Shown here one piece after another: positions 14,087 through 28,100 of a stretch of DNA of 64,000 nt (the first letter of the stretch is position 1; each line of letters begins with the position of its first letter). The notes under the pieces were generated by a model. The model saw only the letters and a program-made list of their open reading frames with translations, did not search any database and was not told where the DNA came from. The position numbers and the translations under genes were made by a program. Source of the stretch: Macrostomum lignano (taxonomy: Eukaryota); the NCBI GenBank assembly GCA_002269645.1, contig NIVC01001504.1, positions 62,001-126,000 of the forward strand. Direction: 5' to 3'.

Positions 14087-17000
14087 TCAGCTGTCTGCCA
14101 GCTCTGCCCCAACCAGGATGCCCTCCCGCTCGAGCACCTCCTTCACAATCTGGAAGTTGTCGGTCCGCGTGTTGGCGATGCGGCTGCTGAGCTCCCTGGC
14201 GGGCGTCAGCGCGGCCTGTCAGCAGAATAATGGACAAAATGCGCTGGTCATACTACTGACAGTAAAATGATGAGTATTAGGTGGATACGGATAAGCCGTG
14301 TGAAAACTAAATATACAAACTAAATTCATTCATAATGGTAGTCCATTAGCTACCCTCCCCTGTCCATTAGCTATCCTCCCATGTCTATTAGCTACCCTCC
14401 CACCTCCCCTGTCCATTAGCTACCCTCTCCTGTTCATTAGCTATCCTCCCCTGTCCATTAGCTACCCTCCCCTGTCCATTAGCTATCCTCCCCTGTCCAT
14501 TAGCTATCCTCCCCTGTACATTAGCTATCCTCCCCTGTCCATTAGCTACCCTCCCCTGTCCATTAGCTACCCTCCCCTGTCCATTAGCTATCCTCCCCTG
14601 TCCATTAGCTACCCTCCCCTGTCCATTAGCTACCCTCCCCTGTCCATTAGCTATTCTCCCCTGTCCATTAGCTATTCTCCCCTGTCCATTAGCTATCCTC
14701 CCCTGTCCATTAGCTATCCTCCCCTGTCCATTAGCTATCCTCCCCTGTCCATTAGCTATCCTCCCCTGTCCATTAGCTATCCTCCCCTGTCCATTAGCTA
14801 CCCTCTCCTGTCCATTAGCTACCCTCTTTTGTCCATTAGCTACCCCCCCTCCCCTGTCCATTAGCTACCCTCTTTTGTCCATTAGCTACCCCCCCTCCCC
14901 TGTCCATTAGCTACCCTCCCCTGCCATTATCCAAGCCCACCAGGCTACTAACAGTAGTCTGTCCTGAAAACCGCCCGCAGCCAAGACTTACGCGCCTCCG
15001 CTCCAGGCTGGACGACAAGGCGAGGTCAAACGAGGGCACGCTGGAAGACTGGCTGGAGTTGGAGGTGCTGAAATTGCGAATTGGTGGGGAGGGGGGCGCA
15101 AAGGTCAGGCGTTTATTGAAATTGGAAAGCTTGAGAGACACCTGGCGGACTTAGCAACGACGCCAATCGTCCCAGGCCCGACTGGAAACGCGGGCCAGCA
15201 GCACTGAAGAATAAAGCAATGCTTGCGCTGGCGAGGGCCTCTTTAATTACATTTTAGTGCGCTGTTCACTCACTCACTCTTCACACCTATTCACCCACAT
15301 GCTTTTAGTGGCATTGGCTGCTATTCAATAGCACACAATCCCACCTGTATTCACACCCACCTCTGCATTCACACACCCACCTCTGCATTCACACCCACCT
15401 CTGCATTAAGAACCACATATCTGCATTCACACACCCACCTCTGCATTCACACCCACCTCTGCATTCACAACCACATATCTGCATTCACACCCACCTCTGC
15501 ATTCACACACCCACCTCTGCATTCACACCCACCTCTGCATTCACACCCACCTCTGCATGCACAACCACATATCTGCATTCACACCCACATATTTGCATTC
15601 ACACCCACCTCTGCATTCACAACCACATATCTGCATTCAGACACCCACCTCTGCATTCACACCCACCTCTGCATTCACACCCACATATTTGCATTCACAT
15701 CCACCTCTGCATTCACAACCACATATCTGCATTCACACCCACATATCTGCATTCAAACCCACTTTGCGTTCACATTCACATATCTGCATTCACACCCACA
15801 CATCCGCATTCACATCCACACATCTGCATTCACACCCACACATCTGCATTCACATCCACACATCTGCATTCACACCCACACATCTGCATTCACACCCACA
15901 TATCTGCATTCACACCCACATATCTGCATTCACACCAAACCATATAAATCATATTATCAGAAAAGCCAGAATTGTACTTTAAAGCCTGCAGTCGGTAAAC
16001 ATTGCTAAATAAAATAACTGACGAGTCGCATTACACCTAATGCGTGTGCAATAAACGGCTCTGCATGGAATGCTTTAGTAAAGAAAAGTACGCAGAAAGG
16101 TGAAAGCCCACCTGCGCTACCTCACTCTGGCATTGCACGCGCTGGCAGAGCCTCGCCCCCCACTACAAAACACACAGCTTAGCGGCCACCCTCACTCCCC
16201 TGTTTGCCAAGTCAGGCCGGGGCTTCCTCACGCGGGGACCGCCTTCCTATTATTTTCATATTTTTCCTGTCGGTTCCCGCTGGCTTGCGGCCAGATCGAT
16301 CTAGCGGGAGAGGGGGCAGTCAGCCATGCGGAGGCGCCATTGATCTCAGGGCAGCGCGTGGAACCGGTCGGGAAAGTCAATGGGAAACTGGCTGGGGGTT
16401 TCCAGTCAGAAGGGTGACACAGGGAACTTTAATCTTGTGACAGCCAGTGAAAGCAGCGGGGCTATGCCTGCACTGGGGAACTGAGTTTTGGCTGGCTGCT
16501 CAGCCTGAGGATCTGGGAGGCTGGCTGCTCAGCCCGAGGATCTGGGAGGCTGGCTGCTCAGCCTGAGGATCTGGGAGGCTGGCTGCTCAGCCTGAGAATC
16601 TGGGAGGCTGGCTGCTCAGCCTGAGGATATGGGAGGCTGGCTGCTCAGCCTGAGAATCTGGGAGGCTGGCTGCTCAGCCTGAGGATCTGGGAGGCTGGCT
16701 GCTCAGCCTGAGGATCTGGGAGGCTGGCTGCTCAGCCTGAGGATCTGGGAGGCTGGCTGCTCAGTCTGAGGATCTGGGAGGCTGGCTGCTCAGCCTGAGG
16801 ATCTGGGAGGCTGGCTGCTCAGCCTGAGGATCTGGGAGGCTGGCTGCTCAGCCTGAGGATCTGGGAGGCTGGCTGCTCAGCCTGAGGATCTGGGAGGCTG
16901 GCTGCTCAGCCTGAGAATCTGGGAGGCTGGCTGCTCAGCCTGAGGATCTGGGAGGCTGGCTGCTCAGCCTGAGGATCTGGGAGGCTGTCTGCTCAGCCTG

Positions 17001-19611
17001 AGGATCTGGGAGGCTGGCTGCTCAGCCTGAGGATCTGGGAGGCTGGCTGCTCAGCCTGAGGATCTGGGAGGCTGCTCAGCCTGAGGATCTGGGAGACTGG
17101 CTGCTCAGCCTGAGGATCTGGGAGACTGGCTGCTCAGCCTGAGGATCTGGGAGACTGGCTGCTCAGCCTGAGGATCTGGGAGACTGGCTGCTCAGCCTGA
17201 GGATCTGGGAGGCTGGCTGCTCAGCCTGAGGATCTGGGAGGCTGGCTGCTCAGCCTGAGGATCTGGGAGGCTGCTCAGCCTGAGGATCTGGGAGACTGGC
17301 TGCTCAGCCTGAGGATCTGGGAGACTGGCTGCTCAGCCTGAGGATCTGGGAGACTGGCTTTTTCGCTTGAGGATCTGGGAGACTGGCTTTTTCGCTTGAG
17401 GATCTGGAAGGCTGTCTGCTCAGCCTGAGGATCTGGGAGGCTGGCTGCTCAGTCTGAGGATCTGGGAGGCTGGCTGCTCAGCCTGAGGATCTGGGAGGCT
17501 GGCTGCTCAGCCTGAGGATCTGGGAGGCTGCTCAGCCTGAGGATCTGGGAGACTGGCTGCTCAGCCTGAGGATCTGGGAGACTGGCTGCTCAGCCTGAGG
17601 ATCTGGGAGACTGGCTGCTCAGCCTGAGGATCTGGGAGACTGGCTGCTCAGCCTGAGGATCTGGGAGGCTGGCTGCTCAGCCTGAGGATCTGGGAGGCTG
17701 GCTGCTCAGCCTGAGGATCTGGGAGGCTGCTCAGCCTGAGGATCTGGGAGACTGGCTGCTCAGCCTGAGGATCTGGGAGACTGGCTGCTCAGCCTGAGGA
17801 TCTGGGAGACTGGCTTTTTCGCTTGAGGATCTGGGAGACTGGCTTTTTCGCTTGAGGATCTGGAAGGCTGTCTGCTCAGCCTGAGGATCTGGGAGGCTGG
17901 CTGCTCAGCTTAAGGATCTGGGAAAGTGACACAAAAACAGCTAGGCAGCATCAGTTGAGCTCACATCACGGCCTCCTGCTCCAGACTGTTGGTTCTGCTG
18001 TGGGTACGCACCGAGCAGGCGGAGAAATTCGATGCGTTCCGTCTGTGGCCGAGGCCGCCGCCGCCCAGGGTGCCGAGGGCCGCCGAGGAGGTGGAGGCGG
18101 ACGTGAGGACGGGCGCCGCGCTGTCTGGCGTGGAGGCCGCAACGGCCGAGGCGACCGAGCCGTCTGCAGCCGTGGACGTGGCGGAGGGCAGCAGGGGCTG
18201 CAGGCTGAGGCGGAGGGTGCTGTTGTCCAGCCGCTGGCCCTGGCTGTAGGGGCTGAGGATGCACTTGTGCTCGGTGTCGCCCACCCAGGCCAGGTCCGTC
18301 AGGTCGATCACAGCGTAGCCGATCTTCGTGTACGAGCGGCCGCCTCGCTCCTCGCGCCGCACGGAGACGCGCAGGTGGACGGCCGGCGCGGCGGCGGGGG
18401 CGACAGGCGGTTGCAGGCCCAGCCGGCAGACAAACTCCATGGGGGGCTGGTTGGACCAGGACACCTTGTTGTCCCGGATCTCCCTGCGGGTGGGCCGGAG
18501 GTGACCAGCGGAATGGGACTGCGTGTGACCAGGGAGATGGGACTGCGTGTGACTAGGGAGATGGGACTGCGTGTGACTAGGGAGATGGGACTGCGTGTGA
18601 CCAGGGAGATGGGACTGTTAGTGACTAGGGAGATGGGACTGTGAGTGACCAGGGAGATGGGACTGCGTGTGACCAGGGAGATGGGACTGTGAGTGACCAG
18701 GGAGATGGGACTGCGTGTGACCAGGGAGATGGGACTGCGTGTGACCAGGGAGATGGGACTGCGTGTGACCAGGGAGATGGGACTGCGTGTGACTAGGGAG
18801 ATGGGACTGCGTGTTGCAATGGGGTGGGAGTCACTGTGTGGTACCAGATATATTATCCAGGAGGATACAAACCAGACTAACTGGACCAAAAAGAGCTACA
18901 AAAAAGGAAAATCTCAGCCTATAAAGAGTTGCAGACATTTAAGGCAAAAATATGAAATGCACTCTTGACTCGAGCTGGCTGCCCGAACGGGCGCTCACAT
19001 TGCGTGGGCGCCATCGGTAGAGCTTCAGACTGACTTTCTGTTTATTTCAATTCAGTCTGCTGCATCCCAGCAGCCCATTGTGAGCGGGGCGCAGCTAAAT
19101 TTAGCCAAGGGCTCTCAAGAGTTGAACGGGTGCGCAGCTCACCTGTGCTCGGAGTGCTGGCAGAACCGGCCGCCCCGAAGCAGGCGCACCTTAGCAAATA
19201 AAATGCCATGGCTCAGCGTGACGCCTTCCAGCTCAAGGAGGCGCAGGCGGACTCGCACCTGGTGGTATTAAAAATAAATCAATTTGTGAGTTTCAGAAAC
19301 TATAAGCGTGAATCCCAAGAGCTAAATGTGTGAATCTTAAGAGTTCTCTTTAAAACTGTGTGCGTTTTAGGCTAAACAGCGCACAGGCACTGACAGTCGA
19401 AACAGCGCACAGACACTGATATTTGAATGGCCATCAGAAACAAACAGAAAACAATCTGCACCTTTGCTGGACGGCAGCGGCTGCTGGGAGGCGGCGCGCC
19501 AGTGGCAGCAATGGAGTTGGCACCAACGGAGGCCACGTCTGGCTCAAGCTGCTGCTGTGGGCTGAGCTGCTGCTGCTGCTGCTGCTCAGGGGGCCGCACG
19601 CAGTTGAACAT
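14087..19611 (-). CDS. FAM102A: FAM102/EEIG1-family NT-C2 domain protein, about 329 aa; exons 19611-19462, 19258-19143, 18483-17965, 15067-14992, 14215-14087
   Basis: Phase-consistent GT-AG junctions. ILFAKVRLLRGG, VHLRVSVRREERGGRSYTKIGYAVIDL, RLDNSTLRL and C-terminal RIANTRTDNFQIVKEV match family motifs. The first exon is the least certain. Confidence 0.85.
14341..14922. repeat. 21-bp minisatellite (GTCCATTAGCTATCCTCCCCT) in FAM102 intron 4
   Basis: Visible tandem periodicity. Confidence 0.95.
15345..15937. repeat. 18-20-bp minisatellite (TCTGCATTCACACCCACC) in FAM102 intron 3
   Basis: Visible tandem periodicity with variants. Confidence 0.92.
16490..17922. repeat. 29-bp minisatellite (ATCTGGGAGGCTGGCTGCTCAGCCTGAGG), nearly 50 copies, FAM102 intron 3
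   Basis: Visible tandem periodicity. Confidence 0.96.
18500..18815. repeat. 24-bp minisatellite (GTGACCAGGGAGATGGGACTGCGT) in FAM102 intron 2
   Basis: Visible tandem periodicity ending about 20 bp from the acceptor. Confidence 0.95.
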
Positions 19612-20859
19612 CTTGGTGTGTCACATGGGCTCAGAGCCAAGCATAGCATGCAATACAAATTCGATGTGTTCTGGTGCTTCAGAAACTAACAATGCAAACT
19701 TGTTAAATTGAAAATAAGCAAAGCTATGTTAATAATAATGAAAATGCCTATGGCCCTCAAAATATGGGAGTAGTATTCTATGTACTACTTGTAAAATGTT
19801 ATAGGCTGTTTGAAACATTGTAACCCTCAGAATTTACACTTGCCATGTGATTGCTTCAACCAAAAATGCAACCTAGTTATGTTCTTTTTGCAACTTGCTT
19901 TGTTTTTTAAATTTACCTATACCACTTTTTATTGTCTTTCTTTTTTGTTTTTCATTTTTAACTTTGTTATTTACCCTTCTTTGGTGTCATAATTTATGCT
20001 AGCTAGATTGGCTAGACTAGCTAGCTATTATGCATATATATATGCCCTTTGGTAGCACTAGAGCTACTAATCTTAGTTAAATAAGTAATTAAAAATAAGA
20101 TTTTTTCAAAAAAATTGTAAAGTAAATCAAGAATTAAGAAATTAATTATTTATATAAATTTCTAAATATCAATATAAATAAGCTTTTTCTTATTGAATAT
20201 TAACTATAAAAAATTATTAAATCATACATAATATAGTATCTTTATTATACAAAAAACTTTAGCATTCTTTCTTGTACATATTTCTTATTATAAAGGCGAA
20301 AAATTAGAAATAAATTTAACCTTATTCAATAAATTTTTTTTCATCAAAACATAATGTTAGATAAAATGCAAAGATGGATATAAAGATGGGAAATATCTAG
20401 CTAGTAAAAGTGCATATATATAAACTATCTAGTACCTTCTATATGAGGAAGGGCTTTTTATAATACAGTATGAATGCTTTAAAACCTACTCGTGTCATAT
20501 TTATTTCTTAGAAAGACCATTGTTTGAATTCCCACAAAATGCTAATTTTTTTGTTTTAATGTTGTGAACACAATTAATATTGTACGAAACCAATTTTGTT
20601 TTAAATACATAGGCAAAACTGTATAAATAGGAGCTCAGAATGGGCCAAGAGGATAACTCCTTCGTCCTGCATGCTCAGGCAAGACAGTGACAATTAGTTC
20701 ACTCGATAAATATTCTAAAGCATTCTTATTCGACTTCACTCATTGCGATAGCATAAGACCCCAAATTGGGAGTATTACTAAAAGGACCGCTAGAAAGTGA
20801 GAATTGCCTCTATTTTTTTATTAGAGGCAGGGGGGTTGTGTGCACCCTGGCGCAATTTA

Positions 20860-21150
20860 AGCAACATTGGCACACAACCGGCGAGAGGCATTACTGCCCA
20901 TTCCGCCGACTCCCCTGAGCAGGCATACAAGCGCGCGGATACATTACGCAGGCACACACTCACACAGGAGTGTACAGCGGCCCTAACTTTAATAATTGTT
21001 AGGCATGTACACTTCACTGCGCCTTGGGGGGTTGGCTCTCAAGGCCGTTAATTGCACAAGCGAGCCAAGCCAAGATTCCAATCCAGCCCCAAATTAATGT
21101 GGCTGCACTTGGAATCGAGCCTGGGTCGCGGCACACCAGAGCAGCTGCGC
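20860..21150 (-). mobile_element. tRNA-derived SINE copy
   Basis: GGCTCGATTCC B-box variant on the minus strand (21121-21111). The body core GTGTACAGCGGCCCT..CATGTACAC..CCTTGGGG is shared with copies at 24810 and 57770. Confidence 0.6.
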
Positions 21151-21408
21151 TACTGCTGGGCTACGGCCCCCTTGAGAATCGCCTCAGGGCAGTAATTGTA
21201 AATTTGCCTCAGGGCAGGAGAACCACCTCATATCGAGAGAAAGTCGCCTCAGGGCAGGGAAAACGCATAAAGCTGTGACCCTCTGATCCCGGGAACACCA
21301 GGACTGAGAGACTAAGAAGTAGACAGTGCCAATAGACCGCTTAGGCCAAAAATAGAGAAGTAGACGCTACCAATAGAAGTAGATAAGTAGACGCTACCAA
21401 TAATAGTA

Positions 21409-21826
21409 TAGTATTTGTCATGCTATCTCAGCCTAGAGACATCCAAACTCAGCCAGCCCATCTCAACAGTGCGATTTTTTACGTAAGCCAGTCAAGTTTT
21501 ACCATAGACATGCTTCTTAAGGCCATGCTATCTCAGCCTGGGACATGCAATCTCAGCCACTTTTCAGATTCTTACTGACTTTTCTTGCTGCGTTCATTCA
21601 TTGCTGTTTGTTGCCATTTCATGTCACGTTACAGAAATGATAGCATTGAGATCTGTTTGCAATTGAAATCTATATTGGCTGAGATTGCATGTCCCAGGCT
21701 GAGATAGCATGGCCTTAAGAAGCATGTCTATGGTAAAACTCGACTAGCTCGAGCCAAAAAACGCATTGCGGAATGGGGCTGGCTGAGTTTGGATGTCCCT
21801 AGGCTGAGATAGCATGACAAAAGCTA
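21409..21826. mobile_element. MITE/foldback element with about 150-bp inverted arms, TA-flanked
   Basis: TTTGTCATGCTATCTCAGCCTAG..TGCAATCTCAGCCA is mirrored by TGGCTGAGATTGCA..CTAGGCTGAGATAGCATGACAAA, with TATA at both outer ends. Confidence 0.8.
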
Positions 21827-24804
21827 TACATTTATGCAAAAGTAGGAAATAGAAGATTAACACTAGCACAACTTAGTGGCAGCAAGTAAGATCAATAAGA
21901 GAATAAATAAGAGCCCTGAGACAACTTGGTGGCAATTAGTGGGATAGTTGAAAGACAGAAGTAAGCCCTACGTCAACTTTGGTGTCAGCGGTTAAGATTT
22001 ATATAGAGAGAACAATAACCATTGTCACAACTTTAGTACCAGCGGTGGGATAAGTGACTAGACAAGGGCTAACGATTAGGAAGACAGAGCCAACAGGCCT
22101 GTCACATATATATAAACTATCTAGTACCTTCAACTCTTGCATTGCATCACAGTGAAATATATATAGAAAATAAACATTATAAAATGACAAAATGTTAATA
22201 TTAAACAAAATGCATATTTGCCTATATAATCTATATTTTATTGATTATTAATATTGTATTTAGTGGTGGATCAATGGATCCTGAGTTTTGCCCTCGGCTC
22301 TTCCCATGGCCAAGGGGTCGCCGCGGGCCAGAAGCTCCCAGCATCAGGATTTTAAAAACGGGGGGACAGATTGGCCCAACCTTTAATAAGTATATTGAAA
22401 TTATTTTGGTGGTTCTAGTATTTCTGCTTTGTTGGCGGCGTCACAAAAATTAAACTACCTTTTTTCTTCTTATATGCAAGTCCAGACTCTAGCCACGGAA
22501 AAATAGGGGTGGCCCCCCTAGTATAGTAGTGTCGAATTCTTTGTAAATGCTATAAAATTCTGAAAGTGAAATGGTGAGATAAAAACAACGAAAATGCCAG
22601 CTTTGTAAACCAAAGCTACAGGCAAATACAAATACTGATTACAATTTAAAAAGACAACACATAAATTTGAGATTCAGTGATTCATTGAAAATATCATTTC
22701 GTGATAGTAAGAAAAATGAACTAATAATTATTTTCAATTAAACATGACAAAAAAATTTGTGAAACGTAAATACATAATTTACAGCAAAGATTTTTAAAAA
22801 ATCTTATTTGCAGCTTAAATCTCTCTAAATCACTTTGTTATAGCCTATACCAGTTTTACGAAAATTTGTTACGGAAATTTGCTTTTTAGCAAGATTTATC
22901 TTCTTTGTTGCTACCACAGCTTTCGAATACGATCAATTTGCAAAGAACTGAAGGAAACAAGTGCATTCTTACAAAATTTTTCTGAATGTTCCAAAAAATA
23001 TAGTAGTCTTTACGATCGCACATAAGCCCATTTCTATCGAAAAAGATGGAATTGAAGGCATTTATCATTACTCCTATATCCTTAGAGTATACTGGCTAAT
23101 AAATAACTTCGTAAAAGACTCTTCAAAAAGCATCGGTGATCGAATTAAGGCTCGCGCTTTATTTCCTCTTCAGTAGCTTATATTTATATTAGCTGCTTAA
23201 TTTGCTTCGTAATGAAAATGTTGACAAGCGGTGGGAATCAATATCCAGGGACTCTGTAGCAATTCGAGATACGCTAATACTCGAACTCGAACTTTTGACA
23301 TAAAAGTTAATAATGCTATTCGGTATTCGTCTGCGCCGTTCACATAAAATTAATTGCGTTTTATTCGATCACTCAACATTAGTTAAACTGTAATTTTTTT
23401 ACAGTTGTGCTGCGCTTCCTAATCATAAAAGAATGACGCTCCATTTTAGGTTAGTGAACAATGCATGAAATTAAGTTTCCATTTCCCCCCAGTTGCAGTT
23501 TAAAAGTACAGACGTGAAAATTCGTGGCAACAAAATCAAACAATGTTTCGGCCAGTGAGCTAAGATATAGACAGGAAAGTCTTTAAAAAGTAAATGATAT
23601 ATTTTCGCACATAATCTAGAGAGACAAACTGAAAACAAGAAGCTGAGACGCAAACAAGAATGCACTAACAGGCGCTTTCCTGTAGAGCAAACAGGTAGAA
23701 GCGATAACGAATGTTAAAAGACTGGAGGAGTAAACGCGCAGGAAAGGTTTGCATTTCAGCCACTAGTCTTGTGGAGCAGTCGGGCAAAAAAAACAAAAAA
23801 AGCAACCGGCGCAGTTGACACGGGCGGCTCGGGGCGCGAGCTCCGGCAGGTAAGGCCACGCTGATCAGTAAAGTAGCAAACAGGGCTGACAAAAAAAGCA
23901 TTGGGATCAATTAAGCATTAATAATAAAAAAGCCTCGCAGCCAAGATTTGCTGGGATATCACAGCCAGATTGTCGGGGACTAATAATAAGGGGGGCATTG
24001 GCCAACAGTGAGTTTGTGAATTTGTGAACATAAAAGTCGTAGAGTAAACATTGCTCAGGCCAATAGCTACATGATTAGGAATAACTATATAAAGTATATT
24101 ATAATACTATACACTATGAACAACACTTGTGCAGCAAAGTGCGGGCGTGCGGAACCGCAACCTGTGACGCAATCAACAAAGTGCAGCTCTGTCGCAGTCT
24201 GTGCAAGCGGCGAGGCCTGCAAATAGGATGCAAACTCTATGGCAAAAAGGTGAAATCGGCGCGGGCCAATGCAAATAATTACAGGTTGGATCAAAGATTA
24301 GAGCCATCAACAAGATGGACCGCGCAGTATTGAATGAATGAACAGGCATAAGTCTATCTAGCTTGAATAAATTTAGCTTGAATAAACTTGCAGATAAATT
24401 TGCTCAATCATGCTCGACCAGTTCAACTAAATGTTCGACTCTACACAATCAGACCGGCGAGCACCCTGTCGAGTACTAAGCATAGTCAGGAAATTCCCAG
24501 TCTCCATCTGCATCATCATAAAAAATCGAGATCGAATAGTCCCTGCAATATGCGCATCAGCTACTGAATTAATAGTGTGCATGACCTGCACAGCGGAGAG
24601 AAGAGAGCGGACAAGCGACACGGGAAACTATCCCCCAAAAATGATTGATTTTATTCAGGACAATTTGAAAACTCGGGACCGGAAACCAATGAGTTGCCCT
24701 TGGATTTCTAATAGACCTCTAGAATGCCTCAAGAGATTGCCGCGTGGGCACCCTGGCGGCGGCTTCGGCCCAAAGCCAGCGGCGAGGCAATTCTGACCAG
24801 CTCG

Positions 24805-24915
24805 CTGGCTCCTGAGCACTAACAAGCGCGCCAACACTCGCTCACACAGAGTGTACAGCGGCCCTGGCTTCCTAATCGTCAGGCATGTACACTCCTGTAT
24901 GCCTTGGGGGCTGGC
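24805..24915 (-). mobile_element. partial SINE body
   Basis: CTCCTGAGCA..CACACAGAGTGTACAGCGGCCCTG..GCATGTACAC..CCTTGGGGG is homologous to 20920-21035. Confidence 0.6.
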
Positions 24916-25159
24916 CCTCCGCTCTGTTCTTCACTCTGCATCTTGCTGTCACCTGTAATCCTTGGGATGATCGGTAATCAATTCAGTAATCAGTGGCCGA
25001 ATCGCTGGGTTTGGCGATGGCTCGAAAAAATTTCGTCACAACAATGAAAAAGTTAGGTAGAAGCAGAAAAACAAATAAAAATGAACATGGCTCTCGGGGA
25101 TGCAGGAGGCGAGTCGGAGCCGCAGCTGATCGGGCTTCGGACTCTGGCAAGCGTGGCCC

Positions 25160-28100
25160 TCACGGCTGCTGGCTGTACTTGGCGTGCATCCGCTGGGCCA
25201 CCTCGTACACGTAGGAGATGTCAGGCCTGGCGTCCGGGCTGGGCTGGATCATGGCACTGACCAGGTCGCGCAGCTGCGGGCGGCGGCGATGGGGAATTAG
25301 AGGCCAGTAAGCTACTGTCAGTAGTACATGTATACGTAACAGACTGGTGGCGTAAAACAGGAATGCATAAACTCTTGCAGATATTTGAGAAAGCCGTGAC
25401 TTTTTACGCAATTTTTGACAAACTTTTTAACCTCAAGAACAGAATAAAAAATCCAGCTCATGGCTTCAGCTCTCCTTCTCACTCTCCTCACTCTCCAGAG
25501 AGTAGGAAGGAGAGGGAATAGAAGATAAGAGATGAGAGAAGAGAGGAGAGGCGAGAGATGGGATGAGAGAAAAGATAGAAGAGTAAAGAGGGGAGAGAGA
25601 TCAGAGAGGAGAGAGGGCAGAGGAGAGAGGAGAGCGGAGAGAAAAAGAGGGGAGAGTGGAGAGGGGAGAGGGAAGAGAGGGGAGAGAAAGGAGAGAGAGG
25701 AGAGAGTAGAGGGGCGAGGGGAGAGGGAAGAGAGAGGAGAGAGTAGAGGGGAGAGAAGAGAAAGGGGGGAGAAGGGAGAAGAGAGGAGAGGGGAGAGGAG
25801 AGAGAGGGGAGAGAAGGGAGAGGAGAGGAGAGAGGAGAGAGGAGAGAGGAGAGAGGAGAGAGGAGAGAGGGGAGAGGGGAGAGGGGCGAGAGAGGAGAGG
25901 GGAGAGGAGAGAGGGGGGAGAGAAGGGAGAGGAGAGGAGAGAGGAGAGAGGAGAGAGGAGAGAGGAGAGAGGAGAGAGGCGAGATGGGAGAGGAAAAAGG
26001 GGAGAAGAGAGAGGGGAGAGGGGAGGAGTGCTTAAAAGAGATATGAACCATGAGCGGACGGGCTCGCTATTGTGAAGTTTCAAAGGACCCGATGGCCGGA
26101 TAGAGAGGCTTTGCGGGTCGGAGTTTGCCGACCCCAGGGTTAGCCCAATTAAACAGGTATGTTGATAATAAAATTAGATTTCAAAATGAGGCGATTTTTA
26201 AAGTACTACTGAAAATCAGAAATATAAAAACAGCTTATTAAACTTGATAACAAGTTTACCTCGCTCGAATAGATGTCCGCAGGCAGGGGCGGATAGTCGC
26301 ACTGCTCAATCTTCTTGCACAGCGAGTACAGGTTCATCTTGTCTCCATAGAAGGGGCTCTGCAGGGCGGCCATCTCGTACAGCAGGCAGCCCAGGGACCA
26401 CAGGTCCGACTTGAAGTTGTAGCCGTTCTCGTGGATGCGCTCGGGGCTCATGTAGTAGGGCGTGCCGACTGGGGGGGGGCGGCGGGCTGCTATGAGTGAT
26501 CTAACAGTCCAGACTCCTGACCCAACAGTCCCGACTCCTGACCCAACAGTCCCAACTCCTGAAACAAGAGTCCAGACTCCTGAAATAACAGTCCCGACTC
26601 CTGACATAACAGTCCCGACTCCTGACCCAACAGTCCAGACTCCTGAAACAAGAGTCCAGACTTTTGACATAACAGTCCCGACTCCTGACCCAACAGTCCC
26701 GACTCCTGACCCAACAGTCCCGACTCCTGACCCAACAGTCCCGACTCCTGACCCAACAGTCCCGACTCCTGACCCAACAGTCCCAACTCCTGACCCAACA
26801 GTCCCGACTCCTGACCCAACAGAGCAGCAACCACTCACCAAGCGAGTGGGCATTGGTGGTCTTGGAGCTGAAGAAGCGACCAAGGCCTAGGTCTCCCAGC
26901 TTAACCTGGCCGCTGGCCGTGATGAACACGTTAGCCGGCTTGATGTCTGCGGGTATCAAAGCCGATGCATACTACTCATTAGTGATATGGACGCCAATTT
27001 CTAAATGCTTTTAGAGATCTTTGGTGCAATCAATGCAGAACCGGATCCTGAATTTCGCTCCGGTTCAAATCAATAACCAGCTTTAACAAAGGCGAAGCGA
27101 TGGAAATGAGTTCACAGTCTTTGACTCTTGGCTCTTTCAGGGGCCACTATTGAGAGAAAAGTCATGCTGAGACTGCCTGCTCCCCACACCCTCAAGTGAG
27201 AAGGCAATGCCCTCAAGCCATGGCAATAGCAGCCCACCTCTGTGCATAATCCGCTTGGAGTGCATGTGGTCCAGGCCGCTGCAGATCTGCACAAAGTACT
27301 TCCAGATGGTCTTCTCCGGGATGAGGCGCTGCTGCTTCTTGAAGTGCTGCAAGGCGGGTTGCAACGGGGCGGCGAGGGGATATGAGAGCGGGGCGGCCAT
27401 TGTGCTGTGCGTGAGGATAGGGAAGAGGAAAAGTGGCACTAAGAATTCATTAAGGCACGGAGTGCTAAACCTACACATCTGGAGACTGAGCAGCTTGAAG
27501 AAGTAGTGAGAGCGGAGGGGGTTTCCACTCCAGATATTTCTATCTAGAAGTCTGTGAGATAGTGAAATCAGAGTTTCCACTCCTGATGCTTCTATCCAGG
27601 AGTCCGTGAGGCAGTAGTGAAAGCGGAGGGGATTTCTACTCCAGATGTTTATACCCAGGAGTCCGTGAGGCAGTAGTGAAAGCGGAGGGGATTTCTACTC
27701 CAGATGTTTATACCCAGGAGTCCGTGAGGCAGTAGTGAAAGTGGAGGGGTTTTCACTCCAGATGTTTATACCCAGGAGTCCGTGAGGCAGTAGTGAAAGT
27801 GAAGGGGTTTTCACTCCAGATGTTTATACCCAGGAGTCCGTGAGGCAGTAGTGAAAGTGAAGGGGTTTTCACTCCAGATGTTTATACCCAGGAGTCCGTG
27901 AGGCAGTAGTGAAAGCGGAGGGGATTTCTACTCCAGATGTTTATACCCAGGAGTCCGTGAGGCAGTAGTGAAAGTGGAGGGGTTTTCACTCCAGATGTTT
28001 ATACCCAGGAGTCCGTGAGGCAGTAGTGAAAGTGAAGGGGTTTTCACTCCAGATGTATATATCCAGGAGTCCGTGAGGCAGTAGTGAAAGTGAAGGGGTT

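Noticed and set aside
14341-17922. Rule that 5' intronic arrays are G-rich and 3' arrays C-rich on the sense strand
   Set aside because: FAM102 intron 3 shows the opposite arrangement.
24127-24333. Cys-containing 68-aa ORF resembling a zinc finger
   Set aside because: Cys spacing fits no family I recognise and there is no supporting gene structure.
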